A DNA stretch of 64,000 nucleotides from Mobula hypostoma (taxonomy: Eukaryota): contig NC_086108.1 of the NCBI RefSeq assembly GCF_963921235.1, forward strand, positions 3,844,001 through 3,908,000, in the 5' to 3' direction. The number at the start of each line of letters is the position of its first letter. Within the stretch, counting starts at the first letter, position 1. The notes beneath the pieces are model-generated. The model was not told where the DNA came from. It saw nothing but the letters and a program-made list of their open reading frames with translations, and did not search any database. A program made the translations under genes and the position numbers. Shown here piece by piece: positions 1-12,000 of the stretch.

Positions 1-3000
1 AGGAGCCCGATGGTTGTGGGGTAATAACTGTTCCTGAAGCTGGCGGTGTGGGACCTGAGGCTCATTGTGGTGGGTGAAGTTATCCACACTGGTTCAGGAG
101 CCTGATGGTTGTGTGGTAATAACTGTTCCTGAACCTGCTGGTGTGGGACCTGAGGCTCATTGTGGTGAGTGAAGTTATCCACACTGGTTCAGGAGCCTGA
201 TGGTTGTGGGGTAATAACTGTTCCTGAACATGGTGGTGTGGGACCTCATTGTGGTGAGTGAAGTTATCCACACTGGTTCAGGAGCCTGATGGCTGTGGGG
301 TAATAACTGTTCCTGAACCTGCTGGTGTGGGACCTGCGGCTCATTGTGGTGAGTGAAGTTATCCACACTGGTTCAGGAGCCTGATGGTTGTGGGGTAATA
401 ACTGTTCCTGAACCTGCTGGTGTGGGACCTGAGGCTCATTGTGGGGAATGAAGTTATCCACACTGGTTCAGGAGCCTGATGGTTGTGGGGTAATAACTGT
501 TCCTGAACCTGCTGGTGTGGGACCTGAGGCTCATTGTGGTGAGTGAAGTTATCCACACTGGTTCAGGAGCCTGATGGTTGTGGGGTAATAACTGTTCCTG
601 AACCTGGTGGTGTGGGACCTCATTGTGGTGAGTGAAGTTATCCACACTAGTTCAGGAGCCTGATGGCTGTGGGGTAATAACTGTTCCTGAACCTGGTGGT
701 GTGGGACCTGAGGCTCATTGTGGTGGGTGAAGTTATCCACACTGGTTCAGGAGCCTGATGGTTGTGGGGTAATAACTGTTCCTGAACCTGGTGGTGTGGG
801 ACCCTCATTGTGGTGAGTGAAGTTATCCACACTGGTTCAGGAGCCTGATGGTTGTGGGGTAATAACTGTTCCTGAACCTGGTGGTGTGGGACCTGAGGCT
901 CATTGTGGTGGGTGAAGTTATCCACACTGGTTCAGGAGCCTGATGGTTGTGGGGTAATAACTGTTCCTGAACCTGCTGGTGTGGGACCTGAGGCTCATTG
1001 TGGTGAGTGAAGTTATCCACACTGGTTCAGGAGCCTGATGGTTGTGGGGTAATAACTGTTCCTGAACCTGCTGGTGTGGGACCTGAGGCTCATTGTGGGG
1101 AGTGAAGTTATCCACACTGGTTCAGGAGCCTGATGGTTGTGGGGTAATAACTGTTCCTGAACCTGCTGGTGTGGGAGCTGAGGCTCATTGTGGGGAGTGA
1201 AGTTATCCACACTGGTTCAGGAGCCCGATGGTTGTGGGGTAATAACTGTTCCCGAACCTGGCGGTGTGGGACCTGAGGCTCATTGTGGTGAGTGAAGTTA
1301 TCCACACTGGTTCAGGAGCCCGATGGTTGTGGGGTAATAACTGTTCCCGAACCTGGTGGTGTGGGACCTGAGGCTCATTGTGGTGGGTGAAGTTATCCAC
1401 ACTGGTTCAGGAGCCTGATGGTTGTGGGGTAATAACTGTTCCTGAACCTGGTGGTGTGGGACCTGAGGCTCATTGTGGTGGGTGAAGTTATCCACACTGG
1501 TTCAGGAGCCTGATGGTTGTGGGGTAATAACTGTTCCTGAACCTGCTGGTGTGGGACCTGAGGATGATTGTGGTGAGTGAAGTTATCCACACTGGTTCAG
1601 GAGCCTCATGGTTGTGGGGTAATAACTGTTCCTGAACCTGCTGGTTTGGGACCTGAGGCTCATTGTGGGGAGTGAAGTTATCCACACTGGTTCAGCAGCC
1701 TGATGGTTGTGGGGTAATAACTGTTCCTGAACCTGCTGGTGTGGGACCTGAGGCTCATTGTGGTGAGTGAAGTTATCCACGCTGGTTCAGGAGCCTGATG
1801 GTTGTGGGGTAATAACTGTTCCTGAACCTGGTGGTGTGGGACCTCATTGTGGTGAGTGAAGTTATCCACACTGGTTCAGGAGCCTGATGGCTGTGGGGTA
1901 ATAACTGTTCCTGAACCTGCTGGTGTGGGACCAGAGGCTCATTGTGGGGAGTGAAGTTATCCACACTGGTTCAGGAGCCTGATGGTTGTGGGGTAATAAC
2001 TGTTCCTGAACCTGGTGGTGTGGGACCTGAGGCTCATTGTGGTGAGTGAAGTTATCCATACTGGTTCAGGAGCCCGATGGTTGTGGGGTAATAACTGTTC
2101 CCAAACCTGGCGGTGTGGGACCTGAGGCTCATTGTGGTGAGTGAAGTTATCCACACTGGTTCAGGAGCCCGATGGTTGTGGGGTAATAACTGTTCCTGAA
2201 CCTGGTGGTGTGGGATCTGAGGCTCATTGTGGTGGGTGAAGTTATCCACACTGGTTCAGGAGCCTGATGGTTGTGGGGTAATAACTGTTCCTGAACCTGG
2301 TGGTGTGGGACCTGAGGCTCATTGTGGTGGGTGAAGTTATCCACACTGGTTCAGGAGCCTGATGTTTGTGGGGTAATAACTGTTCCTGAACCTGCTGGTG
2401 TGGGACCTGAGGCTGATTGTGGTGAGTGAAGTTATCCACACTGGTTCAGGAGCCTGATGGTTGTGGGGTAATAACTGTTCCTGAACCTGCTGGTTTGGGA
2501 CCTGAGGCTCATTGTGGGGAGTGAAGTTATCCACACTGGTTCAGCAGCCTGATGGTTGTGGGGTAATAACTGTTCCTGAACCTGCTGGTGTGGGACCTGA
2601 GGCTCATTGTGGTGAGTGAAGTTATCCACACTGGTTCAGGAGCCTGATGGTTGTGGGGTAATAACTGTTCCTGAACCTGGTGGTGTGGGACCTCATTGTG
2701 GTGAGTGAAGTTATCCACACTGGTTCAGGAGCCTGATGGCTGTGGGGTAATAACTGTTCCTGAACCTGCTGGTGTGGGACCAGAGGCTCATTGTGGGGAG
2801 TGAAGTTATCCACACTGGTTCAGGAGCCTGATGGTTGTGGGGTAATAACTGTTCCTGAACCTGGTGGTGTGGGACCTGAGGCTCATTGTGGTGAGTGAAG
2901 TTATCCACACTGGTTCAGGAGGCCGATGGTTGTGGGGTAATAATTGTTCCTGAAGCTTGCGGTGTGGGACCTGAGGCTCATTGTGGTGGGTGAAGTTATC

Positions 3001-6000
3001 CACACTGGTTCAGGAGCCCGATGGTTGTGGGGTAATAACTGTTCCTGAAGCTGGCGGTGTGGGACCTGAGGCTCATTGTGGTGGGTGAAGTTATCCACAC
3101 TGGTTCAGGAGCCCGATGGTTGTGGGGTAATAACTGTTCCTGAATCTGCTGGTGTGGGACCTGAGGCTCATTGTGGTGGGTGAAGTTATCCACACTGGTT
3201 CAGGAGCCTGATGGTTCTGTGGTAATAACTGTTCCTGAACCTGCTGGTGTGGGACCTGAGGCTCATTGTGGTGGGTGAAGTTATCCACACTGGTTCAGGA
3301 GCCTGATGGTTGTGGGGTTATAACTGTTCCTGAACCTGCTGGTGTGGGACCTGAGGCTCATTGTGGTGAGTGAAGTTATCCACACTGGTTCAGGAGCCTG
3401 ATGGTTGTGGGGTAATAACTGTTCCTGAACCTGGTGGTTTGGGACCTGAGGCTCATTGTGGGGAGTGAAGTTATCCACACTGGTTCAGGAGCCTGATGGT
3501 TGTGGGGTAATAACTGTTCCTGAACCTGCTGGTGTGGGACCTGAGGCTCATTGTGGTGAGTGAAGTTATCCACACTGGTTCAGGAGCCTGATGGTTGTGG
3601 GGTAATAACTGTTCCTTAACCTGGTGGTGTGGGACCTCATTGTGGTGAGTGAAGTTATCCACACTGGTTCAGGAGCCTGATGGTTGTGGGGTAATAACTG
3701 TTCCTGAACCTGCTGGTGTGGGACCTGCGGCTCATTGTGGTGAGTGAAGTTATCCACACTGGTTCAGGAGCCTGATGGTTGTGGGGTAATAACTGTTCCT
3801 GAACCTGGTGGTGTGGGACCTGAGGCTCATTGTGGTGGGTGAAGTTATCCACACTGGTTCAGGAGCCTGATGGTTGTGGGGTAATAACTGTTCCTGAACC
3901 TGCTGGTGTGGGACCTGAGGCTCATTGTGGGGAGTGAAGTTATCCACACTGGTTCAGGAGCCTGATGGTTGTCGGGTAATAACTGTTCCTGAACCTGCTG
4001 GTGTGGGACCTGAGGCTCATTGTGGTGAGTGAAGTTATCCACACTGGTTCAGGAGCCTGATGGTTGTGGGGTAATAACTGTTCCTGAACCTGGTGGTGTG
4101 GGACCTCATTGTGGTGAGTGAAGTTATCCACACTGGTTCAGGAGCCTGATGGCTGTGGGGTAATAACTGTTCCTGAACCTGCTGGTGTGGGACCTGCGGC
4201 TCATTGTGGTGAGTGAAGTTATCCACACTGGTTCAGGAGCCTGAAGGTTGTGGGGTAATAACTGTTCCTGAACCTGGTGGTGTGGGACCTGAGGCTCATT
4301 GTGGTGAGTGAAGTTATCCACACTGGTTCAGGAGCCTGATGGTTGTGGGGTAATAACTGTTCCTGAACCTTCTGGTGTGGGACCTGAGGCTCATTGTGGT
4401 GAGTGAAGTTATCCACACTGGTTCAGGAGCCTGATGGTTGTGGGGTAATAACTGTTCCTGAACCTGGTGGTGTGGGACCTGAGGCTCATTGTGGGGAGTG
4501 AAGTTATCCACACTGGTTCAGGAACCTGACGGTTGTGGGGTAATAACTGTTCCTGAACCTGGTGGTGTGGGACCTGAGGCTCATTGTGGTGAGTGAAGTT
4601 ATCCACACTGGTTCAGGAGCCTGACGGTTGTGGGGTAATAACTGTTCCTGAACCTGGTGGTGTGGGACCTGAGACTCATTGTGGTGAGTGAAATTATCCA
4701 CACTGGTTCAGGAGCCTGACGGTTGTGGGGTAATAATTGTTCCTGAACCTGGTGGTGTGGGACCTGAGGCTCATTGTGGTGAGTGAAGTTATCCACACTG
4801 GTTCAGGAGCCCGATGGTTGTGGGGTAATAATTGTTCCCGAACCTGGTGGTGTGGGACCTGAGGCTCATTGTGGTGAGTGAAGTTATCCATACTGGTTCA
4901 GGAGCCCGATGGTTGTGGGGTAATAACTGTTCCCGAACCTGGCGGTGTGGGACCTGAGGCTCATTGTGGTGAGTGAAGTTATCCACACTGGTTCAGGAGC
5001 CCGATGGTTGTGGGGTAATAACTGTTCCCGAACCTGGTGGTGTGGGACCTGAGGCTCATTGTGGTGGGTGAAGTTATCCACACTGGTTCAGGAGCCTGAT
5101 GGTTGTGGGGTAATAACTGTTCCTGAACCTGGTGGTGTGGGACCTGAGGCTCATTGTGGTGGGTGAAGTTATCCACACTGGTTCAGGAGCCTGATGGTTG
5201 TGGGGTAATAACTGTTCCTGAACCTGCTGGTGTGGGACCTGAGGCTGATTGTGGTGAGTGAAGTTATCCACACTGGTTCAGGAGCCTCATGGTTGTGGGG
5301 TAATAACTGTTCCTGAACCTGCTGGTTTGGGACCTGAGGCTCATTGTGGGGAGTGAAGTTATCCACACTGGTTCAGCAGCCTGATGGTTGTGGGGTAATA
5401 ACTGTTCCTGAACCTGCTGGTGTGGGACCTGAGGCTCATTGTGGTGAGTGAAGTTATCCACACTGGTTCAGGAGCCTGATGGTTGTGGGGTAATAACTGT
5501 TCCTGAACCTGGTGGTGTGGGACCTCATTGTGGTGAGTGAAGTTATCCACACTGGTTCAGGAGCCTGATGGCTGTGGGGTAATAACTGTTCCTGAACCTG
5601 CTGGTGTGGGACCAGAGGCTCATTGTGGGGAGTGAAGTTATCCACACTGGTTCAGGAGCCTGATGGTTGTGGGGTAATAACTGTTCCTGAACCTGGTGGT
5701 GTGGGACCTGAGGCTCATTGTGGTGAGTGAAGTTATCCACACTGGTTCAGGAGGCCGATGGTTGTGGGGTAATAATTGTTCCTGAAGCTTGCGGTGTGGG
5801 ACCTGAGGCTCATTGTGGTGGGTGAAGTTATCCACACTGGTTCAGGAGCCCGATGGTTGTGGGGTAATAACTGTTCCTGAAGCTGGCGGTGTGGGACCTG
5901 AGGCTCATTGTGGTGGGTGAAGTTATCCACACTGGTTCAGGAGCCTGATGGTTGTGTGGTAATAACTGTTCCTGAACCTGCTGGTGTGGGACCTGAGGCT

Positions 6001-9000
6001 CATTGTGGTGAGTGAAGTTATCCACACTGGTTCAGGAGCCTGATGGTTGTGGGGTAATAACTGTTCCTGAACATGGTGGTGTGGGACCTCATTGTGGTGA
6101 GTGAAGTTATCCACACTGGTTCAGGAGCCTGATGGCTGTGGGGTAATAACTGTTCCTGAACCTGCTGGTGTGGGACCTGCGGCTCATTGTGGTGAGTGAA
6201 GTTATCCACACTGGTTCAGGAGCCTGATGGTTGTGGGGTAATAACTGTTCCTGAACCTGCTGGTGTGGGACCTGAGGCTCATTGTGGGGAATGAAGTTAT
6301 CCACACTGGTTCAGGAGCCTGATGGTTGTGGGGTAATAACTGTTCCTGAACCTGCTGGTGTGGGACCTGAGGCTCATTGTGGTGAGTGAAGTTATCCACA
6401 CTGGTTCAGGAGCCTGATGGTTGTGGGGTAATAACTGTTCCTGAACCTGGTGGTGTGGGACCTCATTGTGGTGAGTGAAGTTATCCACACTAGTTCAGGA
6501 GCCTGATGGCTGTGGGGTAATAACTGTTCCTGAACCTGGTGGTGTGGGACCTGAGGCTCATTGTGGTGAGTGAAGTTATCCACACTGGTTCAGGAGCCTG
6601 ATGGTTGTGGGGTAATAACTGTTCCTGAACCTGGTGGTGTGGGACCTGAGGCTCATTGTGGTGGGTGAAGTTATCCACACTGGTTCAGGAGCCTGATGGT
6701 TGTGGGGTAATAACTGTTCCTGAACCTGCTGGTGTGGGACCTGAGGCTCATTGTGGTGAGTGAAGTTATCCACACTGGTTCAGGAGCCTGATGGTTGTGG
6801 GGTAATAACTGTTCCTGAACCTGCTGGTGTGGGACCTGAGGCTCATTGTGGGGAGTGAAGTTATCCACACTGGTTCAGGAGCCTGATGGTTGTGGGGTAA
6901 TAACTGTTCCTGAACCTGCTGGTGTGGGAGCTGAGGCTCATTGTGGGGAGTGAAGTTATCCACACTGGTTCAGGAGCCTGATGGTTGTGGGGTAATGACT
7001 GTTCCTGAACCTGGTGGTGTGGGACCTGAGGCTCATTGTGGTGAGTGAAGTTATCCACACTGGTTCAGGAGCCTGATGGTTGTGGGGTAATAACTGTTCC
7101 TGAACCTGGTGGTGTGGGACCTGAGGCTCATTGTGGTGAGTGAAGTTATCCACACTGGTTCAGGAGCCTGACGGTTGTGGGGTAATAACTGTTCCTGAAC
7201 CTGGTGGTGTGGGACCTGAGGCTCATTGTGGTGAGTGAAGTTATCCACACTGGTTCAGGAGGCCGATGGTTGTGGGGTAATAATTGTTCCTCAAGCTGGC
7301 GGTGTGGGACCTGAGGCTCATTGTGGTGGGTGAAGTTAACCACACTGGTTCAGGAGCCCGATGGTTGTGGGGTAATAACTGTTCCTGAAGCTGGCGGTGT
7401 GGGACCTGAGGCTCATTGTGGTGGGTGAAGTTATCCACACTGGTTCAGGAGCCCGATGGTTGTGGGGTAATAACTGTTCCTGAACCTGCTGGTGTGGGAC
7501 CTGAGGCTCATTGTGGTGGGTGAAGTTATCCACACTGGTTCAGGAGCCTGATGGCTGTGGGGTAATAACTGTTCCTGAACCTGCTGGTGTGGGACCTGAG
7601 GCTCATTGTGGTGGGTGAAGTTATCCACACTGGTTCAGGAGTCTGATGGTTGTGGGGTAATAACTGTTCCTGAACCTGCTGGTGTGGGACCTGAGGCTCA
7701 TTGTGGTGAGTGAAGTTATCCACACTGGTTCAGGAGCCTGATGGTTGTGGGGTAATAACTGTTCCTGAACCTGCTGGTGTGGGACCTGAGGCTCATTGTG
7801 GGGATTGAAGTTATCCACACTGGTTCAGGAGCCTGATGGTTGTGGGGTAATAACTGTTCCTGAACCTGCTGGTGTGGGACCTGAGGCTCATTGTGGGGAG
7901 TGAAGTTATCCACACTGGTTCAGGAGCCTGATGGTTGTGGGGTAATAACTGTTCCTGAACCTGCTGGTGTGGGACCTGAGTCTCATTGTGGTGAGTGAAG
8001 TTATCCACACTGGTTCAGGAGCCTGATGGCTGTGGGGTAATAACTGTTCCTGAACCTGGTGGTGTGGGACCTGAGGCTCATTGTGGTGAGTGAAGTTATC
8101 CACACTGGTTCAGGAGCCTGATGGTTGTGGGGTAATAACTGTTCCTGAACCTGGTGGTGTGGGACCTGAGGCTCATTGTGGTGGGTGAAGTTATCCACAC
8201 TGGTTGAGGAGCCTGATGGTTGTGGGGTAATAACTGTTCCTGAACCTGCTGGTGTGGAACCTGAGGCTCATTGTGGTGAGTGAAGTTATCCACACTGGTT
8301 CAGGAGCCTGATGGTTGTGGGGTAATAACTGTTCCTGAACCTGCTGGTGTGGGACCTGAGGCTCATTGTGGTGAGTGAAGTTATCCACACTGGTTCAGGA
8401 GCCTGATGGTTGTGGGGTAATAACTGTTCCTGAACCTGCTGGTGTGGGACCTGAGGCTCATTGTGGGGATTGAAGTTATCCACACTGGTTCAGGAGCCTG
8501 ATGGTTGTGGGGTAATAACTGTTCCTGAACCTGCTGGTGTGGGACCTGAGGCTCATTGTGGGGAGTGAAGTTATCCACACTGGTTCAGGAGCCTGATGGT
8601 TGTGGGGTAATAACTGTTCCTGAACCTGCTGGTGTGGGACCTGAGTCTCATTGTGGTGAGTGAAGTTATCCACACTGGTTCAGGAGCCTGATGGCTGTGG
8701 GGTAATAACTGTTCCTGAACCTGGTGGTGTGGGACCTGAGGCTCATTGTGGTGAGTGAAGTTATCCACACTGGTTCAGGAGCCTGATGGTTGTGGGGTAA
8801 TAACTGTTCCTGAACCTGGTGGTGTGGGACCTGAGGCTCATTGTGGTGGGTGAAGTTATCCACACTGGTTCAGGAGCCTGATGGTTGTGGGGTAATAACT
8901 GTTCCTGAACCTGCTGGTGTGGAACCTGAGGCTCATTGTGGTGAGTGAAGTTATCCACACTGGTTCAGGAGCCTGATGGTTGTGGGGTAATAACTGTTCC

Positions 9001-12000
9001 TGAACCTGCTGGTGTGGGACCTGAGGCTCATTGTGGGGAGTGAAGTTATCCACACTGGTTCAGGAGCCTGATGGTTGTGGGGTAATAACTGTTCCTGAAC
9101 CTGCTGTTGTGGGACCTGAGGCTCATTGTGGGGAGTGAAGTTATCCACACTGGTTCAGGAGCCTGATGGTTGTGGGGTAATAACTGTTCCTGAACCTGGT
9201 GGTGTGGGACCTGAGGCTCATTGTGGTGGGTGAAGTTATCCACACTGGTTCAGGAGCCTGATGGTTGTGGGGTAATAACTGTTCCTGAACCTGCTGGTGT
9301 GGGACCTGAGGCTCATTGTGGTGAGTGAAGTTATCCACACTGGTTCAGGAGCCTGATGGTTGTGGGGTAATAACTGTTCCTGAACCTGCTGGTGTGGGAC
9401 CTGAGGCTCATTGTTGGGAGTGAAGTTATCCACACTGGTTCAGGAGCCTGATGGTTGTGGGGTAATAACTGTTCCTGAACCTGGTGGTGTGGGACCTGAG
9501 GCTCATTGTGGGGAGTGAAGTTATCCACACTGGTTCAGGAGCCTGATGGTTGTGGGGTAATGACTGTTCCTGAACCTGGTGGTGTGGGACCTGAGGCTCA
9601 TTGTGGTGAGTGAAGTTATCCACACTGGTTCAGGAGCCTGATGGTTGTGGGGTAATAACTGTTCCTGAACCTGGTGGTGTGGGACCTGAGGCTCATTGTG
9701 GTGAGTGAAGTTATCCACACTGGTTCAGGAGCCTGACGGTTGTGGGGTAATATCTGTTCCTGAACCTGGTGGTGTGGGACCTGAGGCTCATTGTGGTGAG
9801 TAAAGTTATCCACACTGGTTCAGGAGGCCGATGGTTGTGGGGTAATAATTGTTCCTGAAGCTGGCGGTGTGGGACCTGAGGCTCATTGTGTTGGGTGAAG
9901 TTATCCACACTGGTTCAGGAGCCCGATGGTTGTGGGGTAATAACTGTTCCTGAAGCTGGCGGTGTGGGACCTGAGGCTCATTGTGGTGGGGGAAGTTATC
10001 CACACTGGTTCAGGAGCCCGATGGTTGTGGGGTAATAACTGTTCCTGAACCTGCTGGTGTGGGACCTGAGGCTCATTGTGGTGGGTGAAGTTACCCACAC
10101 TGGTTCAGGAGCCTGATGGCTGTGGTGTAATAACTGTTCCTGAACCTGCTGGTGTGGGACCTGAGGCTCATTGTGGTGGGTGAAGTTATCCACACTGGTT
10201 CAGGAGTCTGATGGTTGTGGGGTAATAACTGTTCCTGAACCTGCTGGTGTGGGACCTGAGGCTCATTGTGGTGAGTGAAGTTATCCACACTGGTTCAGGA
10301 GCCTGATGGTTGTGGGGTAATAACTGTTCCTGAACCTGCTGGTGTGGGACCTGAGGCTCATTGTGGGGATTGAAGTTATCCACACTGGTTCAGGAGCCTG
10401 ATGGTTGTGGGGTAATAACTGTTCCTGAACCTCCTGGTGTGGGACCTGAGGCTCATTGTGGGGAGTGAAGTTATCCACACTGGTTCAGGAGCCTGATGGT
10501 TGTGGGGTAATAACTGTTCCTGAACCTGCTGGTGTGGGACCTGAGTCTCATTGTGGTGAGTGAAGTTATCCACACTGGTTCAGGAGCCTGATGGCTGTGG
10601 GGTAATAACTGTTCCTGAACCTGGTGGTGTGGGACCTGAGGCTCATTGTGGTGAGTGAAGTTATCCACACTGGTTCAGGAGCCTGATGGTTGTGGGGTAA
10701 TAACTGTTCCTGAACCTGGTGGTGTGGGACCTGAGGCTCATTGTGGTGGGTGAAGTTATCCACACTGGTTCAGGAGCCTGATGGTTGTGGGTGTAATAAC
10801 TGTTCCTGAACCTGCTGGTGTGGAACCTGAGGCTCATTGTGGTGAGTGAAGTTATCCACACTGGTTCAGGAGCCTGATGGTTGTGGGGTAATAACTGTTC
10901 CTGAACCTGCTGGTGTGGGACCTGAGGCTCATTCTGGGGAGTGAAGTTATCCACACTGGTTCAGGAGCCTGATGGTTGTGGGGTAATAACTGTTCCTGAA
11001 CCTGCTGGTGTGGGACCTGAGGCTCATTGTGGGGAGTGAAGTTATCCACACTGGTTCAGGAGCCTGATGGTTGTGGGGTAATAACTGTTCCTGAACCTGG
11101 TGGTGTGGGACCTGAGGCTCATTGTGGTGAGTGAAGTTATCCACACTGGTTCAGGAGCCTGACGGTTGTGGGGTAATAACTGTTCCTGAACCTGGTGGTG
11201 TGGGACCTGAGGCTCATTGTGGTGAGTGAAGTTATCCACACTGGTTCAGGAGCCTGATGGTTGTGGGGTAATAACTGTTCCTGAACCTTGTGGTGTGGGA
11301 CCTGAGGCTCATTGTGGTGAGTGAAGTTATCCACACTGGTTCAGGAGCCCGAAGGTTGTGGGGTAATAATTGTTCCTGAACCTGGTGGTGTGGGACCTGA
11401 GTCTCATTGTGGTGAGTGAAGTTATCCACACTGGTTCAGGAGCCCGATGGTTGTGGGGTAATAACTGTTCCTGAAGCTGGCGGTGTGGGACCTGAGGCTC
11501 ATTGTGGTGGGTGAAGTTATCCACACTGGTTCAGGAGCCCGATGGTTGTGGGGTAATAACTGTTCCTGAATCTGCTGGTGTGGGACCTGAGGCTCATTGT
11601 GGTGGGTGAAGTTATCCACACTGGTTCAGGAGCCTGATGGTTGTGGGGTAATAACTGTTCCTGAACCTGCTGGTGTGGGACCTGAGGCTCATTGTGGGGA
11701 ATGAAGTTATCCACACTGGTTCAGGAGCCTGATGGTTGTGGGGTAATAACTGTTCCTGAACCTGCTGGTGTGGGACCTGAGGCTCATTGTGGGGATTGAA
11801 GTTATCCACACTGGTTCAGGAGCCTGACGGTTGTGGGGTAATAACTGTTCCTGAACCTGCTGGTGTGGGACCTGAGGCTCATTGTGGTGAGTGAAGTTAT
11901 CCACACTGGTTCAGGAGCCTGATGGTTGTGGGGTAATAACTGTTCCTGAACCTGGTGGTGTGGGACCTCATTGTGGTGAGTGAAGTTATCCACACTGGTT

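Noticed and set aside
80..88. Perfect DnaA box TTATCCACA in every monomer (oriC or iteron-like)
   Set aside because: It is the reverse complement of the LINE codons TGT GGA TAA; the vertebrate TE context makes it coincidental.
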